A stretch of DNA of 64,000 nucleotides from an uncultured Methanosarcinales archaeon. GTDB taxonomy: Archaea; Nanobdellota; Nanobdellia; Woesearchaeales; ARS49. A program made the position numbers and the translations under genes. Positions within the stretch are counted from its first letter, which is position 1; each line of letters begins with the position of its first letter. The notes under the pieces were generated by a model. It worked only from the letters and a program-made list of their open reading frames with translations. It did no database searches and was not told where the DNA came from. Location: positions 130,695-194,694 of the forward strand of contig CAYGVI010000003.1 in the NCBI GenBank assembly GCA_964353335.1, read 5' to 3'. Positions 10,208-20,035 of the stretch are shown here, piece after piece.

Positions 10208-10995
10208 TATTTATGGGAAAAAAAGAATACGGTTTGTATGAAAAAGAAGAAATGCTTAATAAGTTTGGAGATAATTATCTGACTTGTGTTTCAAATATCG
10301 GAAAGAATTATGATTATATGATTTTATCATTTCTACTTAATAAAATACCAAAACTTTCGAAAGAAATCAAGATTCTTGACATAGGTACGGGAAATGGCAA
10401 AAATGCATTTCAGTTTATATTTCGTGGATACAACAATTGCTATGCAATTGATTTATCAACCCAAAACCTAAAAACATTCATAAACCGCAATATTCAATTT
10501 TCAAAATGCGATATCGAGAAACAACAATTGCCATTTAATGACCAAACATTTGATTTAATAATATCTTCTCAAACGATAGAGCATTTGCGTAATTATTCTG
10601 CTTTTTTTGGCGAAGCAAATCGAGTACTAAAGATGGGGGGGTATATCATAATTGATTGTCCAGATTGGGAGAGATCTTATGACACATTTTATTCCACATA
10701 TACCCACTTCACACCTTTTACTAAAGAGTCATTAAAACAAATATTGGCAATATACCAATTTGAAACAATTGCTGTTGGAAACATCGGAATGCCGCGTTGG
10801 ATATTTAAAATCTGGGATTTAATACGTATTTTTAAGCGAAACACGAATAATACTCACAAAACTAATAAAATAATATCTTTCAAAGAGGAAAGATTCAAAA
10901 AGAAAAAATGGTTCCAAGTGTTATTTCCTCGCGTAATTCTTTCTACAGGAGAAACCGCGTACATTATTGGGAAGAAAAAGGCACATTTAGAATGA
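10204..10995 (+). CDS. class I SAM-dependent methyltransferase
   Basis: ILDIGTGNGKNAF (motif I) ... LKMGGYIIIDCPD (motif post-II); low GC. Confidence 0.7.
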   Translation: MIFMGKKEYGLYEKEEMLNKFGDNYLTCVSNIGKNYDYMILSFLLNKIPKLSKEIKILDIGTGNGKNAFQFIFRGYNNCYAIDLSTQNLKTFINRNIQFSKCDIEKQQLPFNDQTFDLIISSQTIEHLRNYSAFFGEANRVLKMGGYIIIDCPDWERSYDTFYSTYTHFTPFTKESLKQILAIYQFETIAVGNIGMPRWIFKIWDLIRIFKRNTNNTHKTNKIISFKEERFKKKKWFQVLFPRVILSTGETAYIIGKKKAHLE

Positions 10996-11078
10996 TACTC
11001 GCACACAAATTCAGAATACCAAATCCCGTGCATATCTGACCGAAAGACATTTAAATATCGTGCCTACAAAAAGACGAT

Positions 11079-12434
11079 ATGAAAGTTTTGTTCATCAAGC
11101 CAAAAACCAAACTCGAATCATCAGTCATTTCAAAGGCAGAAAGTCTATTGCCTCCTGCTGGATTATTGTATATTGCATCTTCTTTGCGCAAAGCAAACCA
11201 TACTGTTGAATTCCTTGATATGGATTTTGATTGCAACCTGCAGGGTATTCTTGATTCATTTAAGCCGGATTGGATAGGAATAACCTCAACAACACCAAGT
11301 TTTCCTTATGCAATGGAAGTGGTTAAAAAACTCAAATCAATGACCAGTGTGCCGATAGTTCTTGGAGGGGTTCATGCAAGCTCACTCGGGGGGCGCCTGC
11401 TTGAAAAATACAAACACCTTGATTTTGTTGTCAGAGGTGAAGGAGAGCAGGCAATGGTTGATTTAGTGGACGGAAAACCTCCTGCTTCAATCCCTGGCGT
11501 TTGTTATAGGGACAATGACCAAATTATAGCGAAAGACATGACGTATATTGATGATTTGAATACTCTCCCTTTTCCAGCAAGGGACTTGACCTTCAAGTAC
11601 AAATACAGGGATTCACCATTATACCGCAGAACAGAAAAACACGCAACAATTCTCTTTTCAAGAGGCTGTGTTCACAAATGCATCTTCTGCGATTACCAAA
11701 CCCGAGGCAGGCCGCGTTTTAGAAGCGCAGAAAACATCTTATCAGAACTGAAAGAAGCTTATGCGCAAGGATTAAGTGATTTCAGAATCCTTGATGAATT
11801 CTTCACAATGAACAGGCCATTGGTAAAAGCAATCTGCGAAGGAATTGTTGAAAGCGGAATGAAAATAACGTGGAATTGCCAGACACGCGCAGACGCGTTG
11901 AACGAAGAGATGATTATTATGATGAAAAAAGCAGGCTGCTGGGGCATTCAAATAGGTGTTGAGACAGGCAGTCCGAGAGTGATGGAATTAATACACAAAA
12001 AACTTGACCTTAACAAAGTTCCTGATGTTGTCAAGCTGCTCAAGAAGCACGGTATGTTCACCACTTGCTTCTTTATGATTGGCTTTCCTTTCGAGACAAT
12101 GGAAGATATTGAAAAGACAATATCTTACTCAAGAGCGCTGGATTGCGACATGGTGACATACAGCAGGGTCACTCCATTCCCTGCAACTGACTTATGGCCT
12201 TTAAGCGGATTGGACGAGTTTGATGAAGCAACTTTGAAAAAGCTGGGCATATTTTCCAATGAGGGTTATTTCTTGAAGGAGCTGGATCTGCCAAAGATTT
12301 TTTCAAGGGCGATTAGAAGCTTTTATTGGAGGCCGAAGATATTTTACCGACTATTGAAAGAAGCTTGTCTGCATGGAAGCTTTAAGCGGCGCATCGAGTA
12401 CCTGCAAGTTTTACTGCAAGGATCACATTTGTAA
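11079..12434 (+). CDS. B12-binding domain radical SAM enzyme
   Basis: N-terminal cobalamin-binding-like domain plus CxxxCxxC (SRGCVHKCIFCDY) radical SAM cluster motif. Confidence 0.85.
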   Translation: MKVLFIKPKTKLESSVISKAESLLPPAGLLYIASSLRKANHTVEFLDMDFDCNLQGILDSFKPDWIGITSTTPSFPYAMEVVKKLKSMTSVPIVLGGVHASSLGGRLLEKYKHLDFVVRGEGEQAMVDLVDGKPPASIPGVCYRDNDQIIAKDMTYIDDLNTLPFPARDLTFKYKYRDSPLYRRTEKHATILFSRGCVHKCIFCDYQTRGRPRFRSAENILSELKEAYAQGLSDFRILDEFFTMNRPLVKAICEGIVESGMKITWNCQTRADALNEEMIIMMKKAGCWGIQIGVETGSPRVMELIHKKLDLNKVPDVVKLLKKHGMFTTCFFMIGFPFETMEDIEKTISYSRALDCDMVTYSRVTPFPATDLWPLSGLDEFDEATLKKLGIFSNEGYFLKELDLPKIFSRAIRSFYWRPKIFYRLLKEACLHGSFKRRIEYLQVLLQGSHL

Positions 12435-12514
12435 AAGATGAAATAGATGTCTGCCACTTCGTACGTGTTCCAACCTCCCTTTGCCAGATGGGCTACCAGT
12501 ATTCCTTCACTGCC

Positions 12515-13453
12515 TCAATATTTTCTGCCATTGCGCGTCATTCGCAGTTCCTCGCGTAGCTGGAGGTATTTAAGCTGTATCATATCCGCAAGGTATCCGA
12601 GGAATATCAGAAGGAATCCGAAAAGCATAAGGAAGGAGCTGAGAATGATTGTTCCTGTGCGGCTGCTTACGTTTCCTGAGCCAAAAAAGTATATGTAGCT
12701 CATTTCCGCGCCAAGAAGCATTCCCCATAATAGAAAAATAATCCCTGGAACGCCGAAAAACATCATTGGATGGTATTCACGCACAAGCTGCATAATGATT
12801 GTAAAAGCCTTGCGCGCATACCCTGTGAGGCTCGGAATCAATCTTGAAGGCCCTGATTTTCTTTTTTTGAAGAATGAAGGCACTTCCCTGACACGCCAGC
12901 CTTCTTTTACAGATCGTATTATCATTTCCTGGACATATGTCTTTTTGCTCATTGGAATTATCTCCTCGAGCAATTCGCGCCGCATTGCACGGTATCCGCT
13001 TTGGGCATCAGAAATCCTCTTGCCTGCTACAAAACTCGTAATCAAAGTGCCAACCTGATTGCCAAGGCGGTTTCCGAAAGGCATTGATTCAATCCCGCCA
13101 CGGAAACGCGAGGCGATTACCATGTCTGCCTGATTATTCACAATCGGTGCAATGAGTTTTGGAATGTCAGAGGCAGTATATTGGCCGTCAGCGTCAATCT
13201 GCACAACAATGTCAGCTCCGCGCTGGAGCGCTGCCTGATACCCCCTTCTTATTGTGACTCCAAGACCGCGGTTTATTACATTTGAAACAACAATTGCACC
13301 CTCCGCCGAGGAAATTTCACGCGTCCTGTCCCTTGAGCCGTCATCAATAACAAGAACTTCATCAGAATACGGCTGGACTTCGCGGATTACCTGTGCAATT
13401 GTTTTTTCTTCATTATACGCAGGAATTATCGTCACTATTTTCGGCCGTAGCAT
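12515..13453 (-). CDS. GT2 polyprenyl-phosphate glycosyltransferase with C-terminal TM hairpin (GtrB/ArnC/Dpm1-like)
   Basis: IVTIIPAYNEE..LVIDDGSRDRT..VQIDADGQ plus two C-terminal TM helices. Start placed at the ATG at 13453 (MLRPKIV), leaderless relative to the palindromic TATA at 13473-13482; the track ORF extends to 13510. Confidence 0.8.
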   Translation of the reverse strand: MLRPKIVTIIPAYNEEKTIAQVIREVQPYSDEVLVIDDGSRDRTREISSAEGAIVVSNVINRGLGVTIRRGYQAALQRGADIVVQIDADGQYTASDIPKLIAPIVNNQADMVIASRFRGGIESMPFGNRLGNQVGTLITSFVAGKRISDAQSGYRAMRRELLEEIIPMSKKTYVQEMIIRSVKEGWRVREVPSFFKKRKSGPSRLIPSLTGYARKAFTIIMQLVREYHPMMFFGVPGIIFLLWGMLLGAEMSYIYFFGSGNVSSRTGTIILSSFLMLFGFLLIFLGYLADMIQLKYLQLREELRMTRNGRKY

Positions 13454-13472
13454 TTGACGGCTGACCTGCATA

Positions 13473-13482
13473 ATCTTTATAA
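13473..13482. promoter_or_regulatory. palindromic TATA box (CTTTATAAAG) for divergent GT2 / GT-C genes
   Basis: Lies 25 nt from the leaderless ATG at 13453 on the minus strand and upstream of the SD-containing GTG start at 13529 on the plus strand. Confidence 0.4.
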
Positions 13483-13528
13483 AGCTATGCCTTGTGGAAA
13501 TTCCACTCATAATGACGAGGGGGGCATA

Positions 13529-15139
13529 GTGAACTGGAAAGAGTTTCTGGCATCGCCGCAGGCTTGTATCCTAGCTTTAGCAGCAGTATTCATTGTACTG
13601 AGACTTTTTGCACCCACGCCTTTCTACTATGTTGGCGCTGATGAAGCACGTTATTTGGCGCTTGCGCACAATTTCCCTCACCACACAATGCATGGCGGAA
13701 CTTTGTTCTTGCAGCACATGCCAATGTATCCGTATCTTATCGCAATAACCACTTTCGTTCTGCAGAATGACCTAGCAACAGGACTCATAGTGAGTTTTGC
13801 AATGAGCATATCTGTTCTCGCAATACTGCTTAAACTCTTTAAGACAGAAGCAAAAACCAACACCTGGTTTTTCCTTTTTTCACTGCTTTTCAGCCTTAAC
13901 TGGGCTCTTGTTGAATTATCTCGAATCGTATTCAAAGAAACCACATATATTGCATTTTGGTGGTCTGCGATTGCATTTTACTGGCTGGGCTTGAAGAGAT
14001 CGCCAAAATGGCTCTGGCTTTCAGGCATTTTTGCAGCCTTGACTGCTTTTGCTTCTGACCAGGTGATTTTCCTTTTCCCAGCAATGCTCATCACGCTTTT
14101 CCTTATTCCATCCAAAAGAGCAGGATGGCACAAGTACATTCCAATCGTGATCGGGGGCATAGCTTATGCGTTGTGGATTGCAATAAGACTGCAGTTCTAC
14201 ATGACCCACACATTTGCCCCTGTGGGAATTGACGGTATTATTGAGGATGTTTCGCAGTTCACGCCAGGCAACTTGCTTAATGTTTTTTCTTTCCCTGAAT
14301 CAGACAGGCTTTCGCTAGCAAGCGGTTTCAATAATCCCCTGCAAATAGCGGCAAATCTTGGCTACCTGCTTGATACGTATCCTTTTCTTTTCACCCCAAA
14401 CTTGTCCAGAGCAATGCTTGGAAGCGTTTTTACTGTTAAGAATGCCCTGGTTGCGATAATCTGGTACATCCCGCTTCTGGTGCTTGGTGCATTGTGGCTT
14501 TGGAAAAGGGCAAAACAGTTTGTGAAAGAAAAGAAATTATTGAATAACACAGACCTTATTTTTGCAGCATATTTGATTTTGCTTGTTCTGCCAATTCTAT
14601 CTGGGGTGGGCAACTGGCGGCACATAATCCTTTCAGTCATCCCAGTCCTTTACTTTGAAACCCAGGCATTGTTCATGCTTTTCAATAAGTTCATGGAAAA
14701 AGAGCCAGTAAGGGTTGGCTTTGTCATCCTATCTGCACTGTTTATTGTCTGCTGGATAGTAGCACACCCGCACTTTTCGCTCGGCGCACAGAAAATCGTG
14801 CAGGGCAATAGCGTTGCAAATGAACTAAGAGCATTGCCTGGAGACGGAATCTTTGTGCAGACTGGCTACAGCATGGAGCTGGACTACCTGCTTCCAGAAA
14901 AGCGCGTTTATGGAATTGTCTCAAACTCAACCAACCTGCAGAAATACATCAAAGAATTCAATATCTCTTACCTTGTGCTCGGCAACAAGACATGGGCTCC
15001 TGCTGATGAGCCATCGCTTGATTTCATACGCGCCCATCCTGAATTATTTGCCCCAATCAAGACAGTGAACGAGCGCTATCCTATAAACAGCATCGTGCCT
15101 GATGTTTACACAATTTACCAAGTTAAAACCAAAAAATGA
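13529..15139 (+). CDS. GT-C-fold glycosyltransferase, ArnT/PMT (GT39/GT83)-like
   Basis: Multi-TM protein with an early-loop motif (DEARYLALAHNF) characteristic of the ArnT/PMT family. Start set at GTG 13529 (RBS GAGGGGGG at 13516-13524). The track ORF from TTG 13454 would overlap the divergent GT2 gene. Confidence 0.7.
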   Translation: MNWKEFLASPQACILALAAVFIVLRLFAPTPFYYVGADEARYLALAHNFPHHTMHGGTLFLQHMPMYPYLIAITTFVLQNDLATGLIVSFAMSISVLAILLKLFKTEAKTNTWFFLFSLLFSLNWALVELSRIVFKETTYIAFWWSAIAFYWLGLKRSPKWLWLSGIFAALTAFASDQVIFLFPAMLITLFLIPSKRAGWHKYIPIVIGGIAYALWIAIRLQFYMTHTFAPVGIDGIIEDVSQFTPGNLLNVFSFPESDRLSLASGFNNPLQIAANLGYLLDTYPFLFTPNLSRAMLGSVFTVKNALVAIIWYIPLLVLGALWLWKRAKQFVKEKKLLNNTDLIFAAYLILLVLPILSGVGNWRHIILSVIPVLYFETQALFMLFNKFMEKEPVRVGFVILSALFIVCWIVAHPHFSLGAQKIVQGNSVANELRALPGDGIFVQTGYSMELDYLLPEKRVYGIVSNSTNLQKYIKEFNISYLVLGNKTWAPADEPSLDFIRAHPELFAPIKTVNERYPINSIVPDVYTIYQVKTKK

Positions 15140-16920
15140 AAACCAACATAAAAATACTGCTGTTAATACTGGTGCTTGCGATTGCATTGCGCCTGCCAAG
15201 CATAAATGACCCTTTGTTTGGTGATGCAATCCAGTTGGAGCGCTGGTTCTGCACAGGACAGTTCTGGTTTACAGATACAGGCCACCCAAGCCTTTTTGGC
15301 TGGCTTACAAATGCTTCATGCATTCTCTTCGGGGTTCATCATTGGGCAATCCGGCTGCCATTTTTGCTTATTTCACTGGCAACCATCCTATTGACTTATT
15401 TTTACGGCAGGAAATTTATTTCAGAAAATGCAGGATTGCTTGCAGCACTGCTTCTTGCAGTAAGCCCGTGGTATGCTGGCGTTGGTATGGGCACAGGTCC
15501 TGATAATTACCTTGTGCTTTTCTTTGCGTTCGGAATCCTTGCATACCGCTCATGGCTAGATACAAAAAGTAAAATACGAATGGCAGTGCTTGCTCTTGCA
15601 TTCGGACTTAGCTTAATCACAAAAAGCGCAGCTGCGCTTTTGCCTGGAATAATTCTCGCGCACCAGCTCTGGCTCATAATCAAAAAACAGCAGAACTGGA
15701 AAGAGACCCTGAAGCTCTGGCCAATGCTGCTTGGATTTGTGATCCCGATTATTTATTACTCAATACAGCAGGCGATGGGCGCCACATTATTCACAAATTA
15801 CACAATACACCGCACTGCAATAAAGCTGATTACTGCAGGAGGATACAGCTTTCCAATATCGTCCTGGGTTCTTGCGGTAGTGATGGCATCCCCTGCATTT
15901 TTCGCACTGCTTGCGCTCATGCTTGCCAGGCGCCCTGACAATGAAAAGCCGCTTCTATGGGCTTGGATTATTATCCCTGCATTTGTTTATTCTTTCCTGA
16001 TAGTCCACAACAATATTGAGCGCTTCCTGCACGTTGCTCTTCCGGCAATGGTCCTGTTGATAAGCGAAGGCATTACCAGCATTAGCAGCAATGAACTGCG
16101 CAATTTTGTCAAAAGAAAATATAATATTTTACTCGGAATTGCTAGCGCCCTTACACTTTTGTTGTCATATTTCCTGCCAAACCCGAACAGTTATGCCACA
16201 CCGTATTATTCAGCTTCTGCATACCTTTCAGCATTGTTAAGCCCCTCAAAATATCTTTTCCCGATAATCAGCGATATTGAGCCAACTTATTATCTGCCGA
16301 TGCTATTTGTAATCTTTTCAGGAATTTTGGCGGTGGCGTGGTTTGCAGCTGCGCTTTACGGAATTTTCACGTACAAAAAACAATTGTTAAAAATGGCGCT
16401 GATTATGCTTCTGGTGACATGTGTTACAACAAACCTCATTGTCCTAGCAGAACAGCATTTGTCAATCAAGGGTCCTGATATTCCTGAGATGGCAAAAGTC
16501 GCTGACAAAGCAATCAGTCAGTATGCTGGAAACAAGTCCCTGCTGATTATTGGAGCCCATCAGGTTGATTACCAATGGCGCAATCAGCCAAAAGGCAGCC
16601 AGTTTTCAGGCAATCCTGCAAACCTGACCTTGCTATTTTTGAGCATAAACCAAACAGAAGCCCAGAAGGAAGGCGGGGTATATGTTGACCCTGTGACAGG
16701 CCTGCGAATCCAGAAATCAGGCATAATTCTGCTGCGCTCTGAAAAGGAATTTGAACTTTTGAAAGAAAAGGCACTGAAAGCTGATTTGGTGCTTTTCGAA
16801 GATTATCCGCCATTGCCAGAATATAATCCGATAAAGCAGGCTATCAGCACTTGTAGAAAGCTTGGAAGCGTCCAGGACAAGGGCTTGGTATTCTCGATGC
16901 ATGCCTGCAAAAGTCCATAA
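15136..16920 (+). CDS. GT-C-fold glycosyltransferase, ArnT/PMT-like, with C-terminal soluble domain
   Basis: 594 aa; RLPFLLISLATILLTYFYGRKF..AVSPWY typical of the ArnT/PMT_2 family; ATGA overlap with the upstream gene. Confidence 0.75.
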   Translation: MKTNIKILLLILVLAIALRLPSINDPLFGDAIQLERWFCTGQFWFTDTGHPSLFGWLTNASCILFGVHHWAIRLPFLLISLATILLTYFYGRKFISENAGLLAALLLAVSPWYAGVGMGTGPDNYLVLFFAFGILAYRSWLDTKSKIRMAVLALAFGLSLITKSAAALLPGIILAHQLWLIIKKQQNWKETLKLWPMLLGFVIPIIYYSIQQAMGATLFTNYTIHRTAIKLITAGGYSFPISSWVLAVVMASPAFFALLALMLARRPDNEKPLLWAWIIIPAFVYSFLIVHNNIERFLHVALPAMVLLISEGITSISSNELRNFVKRKYNILLGIASALTLLLSYFLPNPNSYATPYYSASAYLSALLSPSKYLFPIISDIEPTYYLPMLFVIFSGILAVAWFAAALYGIFTYKKQLLKMALIMLLVTCVTTNLIVLAEQHLSIKGPDIPEMAKVADKAISQYAGNKSLLIIGAHQVDYQWRNQPKGSQFSGNPANLTLLFLSINQTEAQKEGGVYVDPVTGLRIQKSGIILLRSEKEFELLKEKALKADLVLFEDYPPLPEYNPIKQAISTCRKLGSVQDKGLVFSMHACKSP

Positions 16921-16953
16921 AGCTTTTAAACAGTTATTAGGTCTGAGTGGCTG

Positions 16954-17664
16954 ATGGGGAACCTTGTATCAATAGTAATTCCAACATATAAAGAGGCAAA
17001 GAATGTTCCTATTCTTGTCAGAAGGATAGATGCTGCAATGCACAAGGCAAAGATGGCTTACGAATGCATTGTTGTTGATGACAATTCTCCCGATGGCACT
17101 TATGAAATTGCAAAAGGGCTTGCCAAGAAATACAATGTCAGGGCGTTCTTAAGGACAAAGGAGCGTGGCTTGAGTTCTGCAATGCTTTATGGCTACAAAA
17201 AATCAAAAGGCAGTATTGTTGGCTGGATTGACGCTGACCTGCAACACAAGCCAGAGCTTATTCCTGAGCTTGTGAAAGCAATAACAGATGAGGGCTACCT
17301 GATGTCTGTGGGAAGCAGGCTAACACAAGGCGGAGGAGTAAAAGGCTGGGCTTTGCACAGGAGGCTTATTTCCTGGACTGCAAGGCTTATTGCTGTTCCT
17401 CTCACAAGTGTCAAGGACACAATGAGCGGTTTTTTCTTCATAAGGCGCGAAGTGATTGAGGGGGTAAAGCTCAGGACAATTGGCTACAAGCTCGGCCTTG
17501 AAATCATGGTGAAGGGGAAGCACCAGAGAAAAATAAAGGAAGTGCCTTATGTTTTCCTGCACCGTTCAATGGGGCAGAGCAAAATGACCTGGAAAACAAA
17601 CATCGAATACCTTAAGCACGTTGCATTCCTTTACGGCTACAAGATAAGGGCACTTTTCAAATGA
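16954..17664 (+). CDS. dolichyl-phosphate mannose/glucose synthase (Dpm1-like GT2)
   Basis: VSIVIPTYKEAKNV..VVDDNSPDGT..DADLQH; 236 aa soluble GT2. Confidence 0.85.
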   Translation: MGNLVSIVIPTYKEAKNVPILVRRIDAAMHKAKMAYECIVVDDNSPDGTYEIAKGLAKKYNVRAFLRTKERGLSSAMLYGYKKSKGSIVGWIDADLQHKPELIPELVKAITDEGYLMSVGSRLTQGGGVKGWALHRRLISWTARLIAVPLTSVKDTMSGFFFIRREVIEGVKLRTIGYKLGLEIMVKGKHQRKIKEVPYVFLHRSMGQSKMTWKTNIEYLKHVAFLYGYKIRALFK

Positions 17665-18371
17665 AAGAATTTGATTATGAAACAATTGACCCCGGATACT
17701 ACCACCGCGCAATGCTGCACGGCAACAAGATACAGAGGTTCTGGCATACCTGGAAGTTTGCCATCGTAGCAGAAAGAATTTCGCATAAAAAAACAACCGT
17801 TGTTGATATTGGGTGCGGTCCTGGCAGTTTTTTTTATGTTCTCAGGAAGAAAAACAAGGATGCAATTCTTATTGGAACTGATTTAATGCTGAAACAATTG
17901 GAATTCGCGAAAACAATAGCACCTGACGCCCACTGGTTTGCCTCTGATGCAACAAAACTCCCTTTAAAGACTGGCGCGATTACTACTTTCACAATGCTTG
18001 AGCTGATTGAGCACCTTCCTTATGCCACAGAGCGTGAAATGCTCGAACAAATTCATAAATCGCTTGCTCCGAATGGCAGGATAATCATCACAACACCCAA
18101 CTATCATTCGTTATGGCCGCTGATTGAATGGTTCTGGAATATCATGTCTCCTGTCAGCTACAAGCACCAGCATATTAACAGAAAGACAATGCCAAAACTT
18201 GCAAGAAGCCTGCACAATGCAGGTTTCAAGGTCGAGAGCATAAAGACATTCTTTGTGCTCTCCCCATTTTTCGCATTTATTTCACCGCGTTTTGCAGAAT
18301 GGCTTTTGCGTATTGAGCAGAAATACCTGCCCGGTCTTGGGGCTTGCATCATTGCAGAGGCAACTGCATGA
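17661..18371 (+). CDS. class I SAM-dependent methyltransferase
   Basis: VVDIGCGPGSF motif I; Methyltransf_11/23-like. Confidence 0.75.
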   Translation: MKEFDYETIDPGYYHRAMLHGNKIQRFWHTWKFAIVAERISHKKTTVVDIGCGPGSFFYVLRKKNKDAILIGTDLMLKQLEFAKTIAPDAHWFASDATKLPLKTGAITTFTMLELIEHLPYATEREMLEQIHKSLAPNGRIIITTPNYHSLWPLIEWFWNIMSPVSYKHQHINRKTMPKLARSLHNAGFKVESIKTFFVLSPFFAFISPRFAEWLLRIEQKYLPGLGACIIAEATA

Positions 18372-20035
18372 GATCGTACCAGATTTTTTGGGTTATTCTT
18401 GCAGTCGCATTATTTCTCCGGGTTTGGACTCTGGGCACGCCGTTCACTTCTGATGAAAATCCCTGGCCTTATGCGGCTGCAGACCATTCAAATGCAGGCT
18501 TTAACTTTGTGATTGACCGCGGTTTTGACACTTTTGTCTGGACATCCCCGCCATTGGCGCCTCTTGCTTACAGGTTTTTCACATGGTTTATCGGCGTGAA
18601 TGAAATAACCATGCGCCTTCTCCCTCTCATTATCGGTCTTATCAACATCTGGCTCACATATTTGCTTGCAAGAAAGTTGTTTGACCCCAAAAGCGCGGTT
18701 TTTGCTGCGGGCTTGATGGCGGTTTCTTTCTGGCACATACTTGCATCATTCCTGATTGAGCATGACAGCTCAATCCTCACACTGTTCTGGCTGCTTTTTT
18801 TCCACAGCTGGCTCTTGTTTGAAACAACAAGAAAGACAAAATGGCTTTTTGGATGCGGAATTGTGCTTGGTCTTGCTTTATTGACAAAGCTCACAGGCGG
18901 CTTGATGCTTATTGCTCTCGCGGTTTACCTTGTCTGGAAGCACGGCTCGCTGAAAGAACCTGCAATCGCTTGCGCAAAAATACTGGGCATAGGCGCGGCA
19001 ATGTTTGCAGTATTCCCTATCCTTTCAATGCTTATTTATCCTGCGTATATCAAGGAGACTTTCATCCATGCAGGCGTGCTCACCTTTATCCCCTCATTGT
19101 TTTCGCCAATAAGAATCATAATTTATCTTCTGCTCTGGGCAACTCCTTTGCTTACTGGCCTTGCTCTCCTGTCTTTGTTTGAGCCTGACAAGCGCGCCAG
19201 GCTTTTGTGGTGCTGGGCAGGCGCAGTGATTTTGTTTTATACTTTGACAAAATACTTTGGCGCCATTGACCGGTATATGGCGGTTATGATTCCTGCGTTG
19301 TGCATTCTTGGAGGGCGTGAGCTGGCAAAGCGCCTTGAATTCAGGGATTTGAAAAAAGTCCTTCTTATTGCCCTGCCGTTCCTTGTATTGTTTATCCTGC
19401 TCAACTTCATTCCAAGCAGCTGGATTGAGCACAACACCGCAACATACATCGGCAAGGCGTTGACTTTTGACTGGGCTTTTATTTTCCAGTTCTGGGGCAG
19501 CGGCGGTCCTGCATTCATGGCATCATTCATTCCATTGGGCGCAGGGATTTTATTGTGCCTGCTTTCATTGGCACTATTCGTTTATGCAATTCATTCGGAA
19601 AAAGAAAAGGCAATTCAGAGGTCTTTTGTTCTTTTTGTCGCGGTTGCTTTGGCATTTAATTTGTTCATTGTTCAGGCTTTTGTCACAAAAGAGCCGTATC
19701 CTGATGTTGGCAGTGCCACAAAAGGGATTATTGCTGAAATGAAAATCCTTCCTGAACCGTTTTACGCAAATGACATGAATCTTGCTTGGTACATTGACCG
19801 CAAGGCAGACTTTTATGTTATCGGCGATGTTTATACTGATGAACAAAAGGAAGTCGACCAATTGAGTGCGATAATCCAACGCAGAGGGGGCACGCTCATA
19901 ATTACTGACTATCCCAAATACTTAAAAACAGACCCGATATGGCAGTTGGCAGGCGAGTGCAAATTGCAGAAGACATTTGGAAGCAAAGAAATCATGCTTG
20001 GTTACGTGTTTGCTTGCCCACCTCATGCAATATGA
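18344..20035 (+). CDS. GT-C-fold glycosyltransferase, ArnT (4-amino-arabinose transferase)/GT39-like
   Basis: 563 aa, about 12 TM; N-terminal loop and TM pattern of the ArnT family (RLLPLIIGLINIWLTYLLARKLF). Confidence 0.8.
   Translation: MHHCRGNCMRSYQIFWVILAVALFLRVWTLGTPFTSDENPWPYAAADHSNAGFNFVIDRGFDTFVWTSPPLAPLAYRFFTWFIGVNEITMRLLPLIIGLINIWLTYLLARKLFDPKSAVFAAGLMAVSFWHILASFLIEHDSSILTLFWLLFFHSWLLFETTRKTKWLFGCGIVLGLALLTKLTGGLMLIALAVYLVWKHGSLKEPAIACAKILGIGAAMFAVFPILSMLIYPAYIKETFIHAGVLTFIPSLFSPIRIIIYLLLWATPLLTGLALLSLFEPDKRARLLWCWAGAVILFYTLTKYFGAIDRYMAVMIPALCILGGRELAKRLEFRDLKKVLLIALPFLVLFILLNFIPSSWIEHNTATYIGKALTFDWAFIFQFWGSGGPAFMASFIPLGAGILLCLLSLALFVYAIHSEKEKAIQRSFVLFVAVALAFNLFIVQAFVTKEPYPDVGSATKGIIAEMKILPEPFYANDMNLAWYIDRKADFYVIGDVYTDEQKEVDQLSAIIQRRGGTLIITDYPKYLKTDPIWQLAGECKLQKTFGSKEIMLGYVFACPPHAI

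Noticed and set aside
13454-13510. 57-nt antisense overlap between GT2 (minus) and GT-C (plus) as drawn in the ORF track
   Set aside because: Internal in-frame starts (ATG 13453 on minus; GTG 13529 with RBS on plus) and a palindromic TATA at 13473-13482 give a non-overlapping divergent arrangement that is more plausible.
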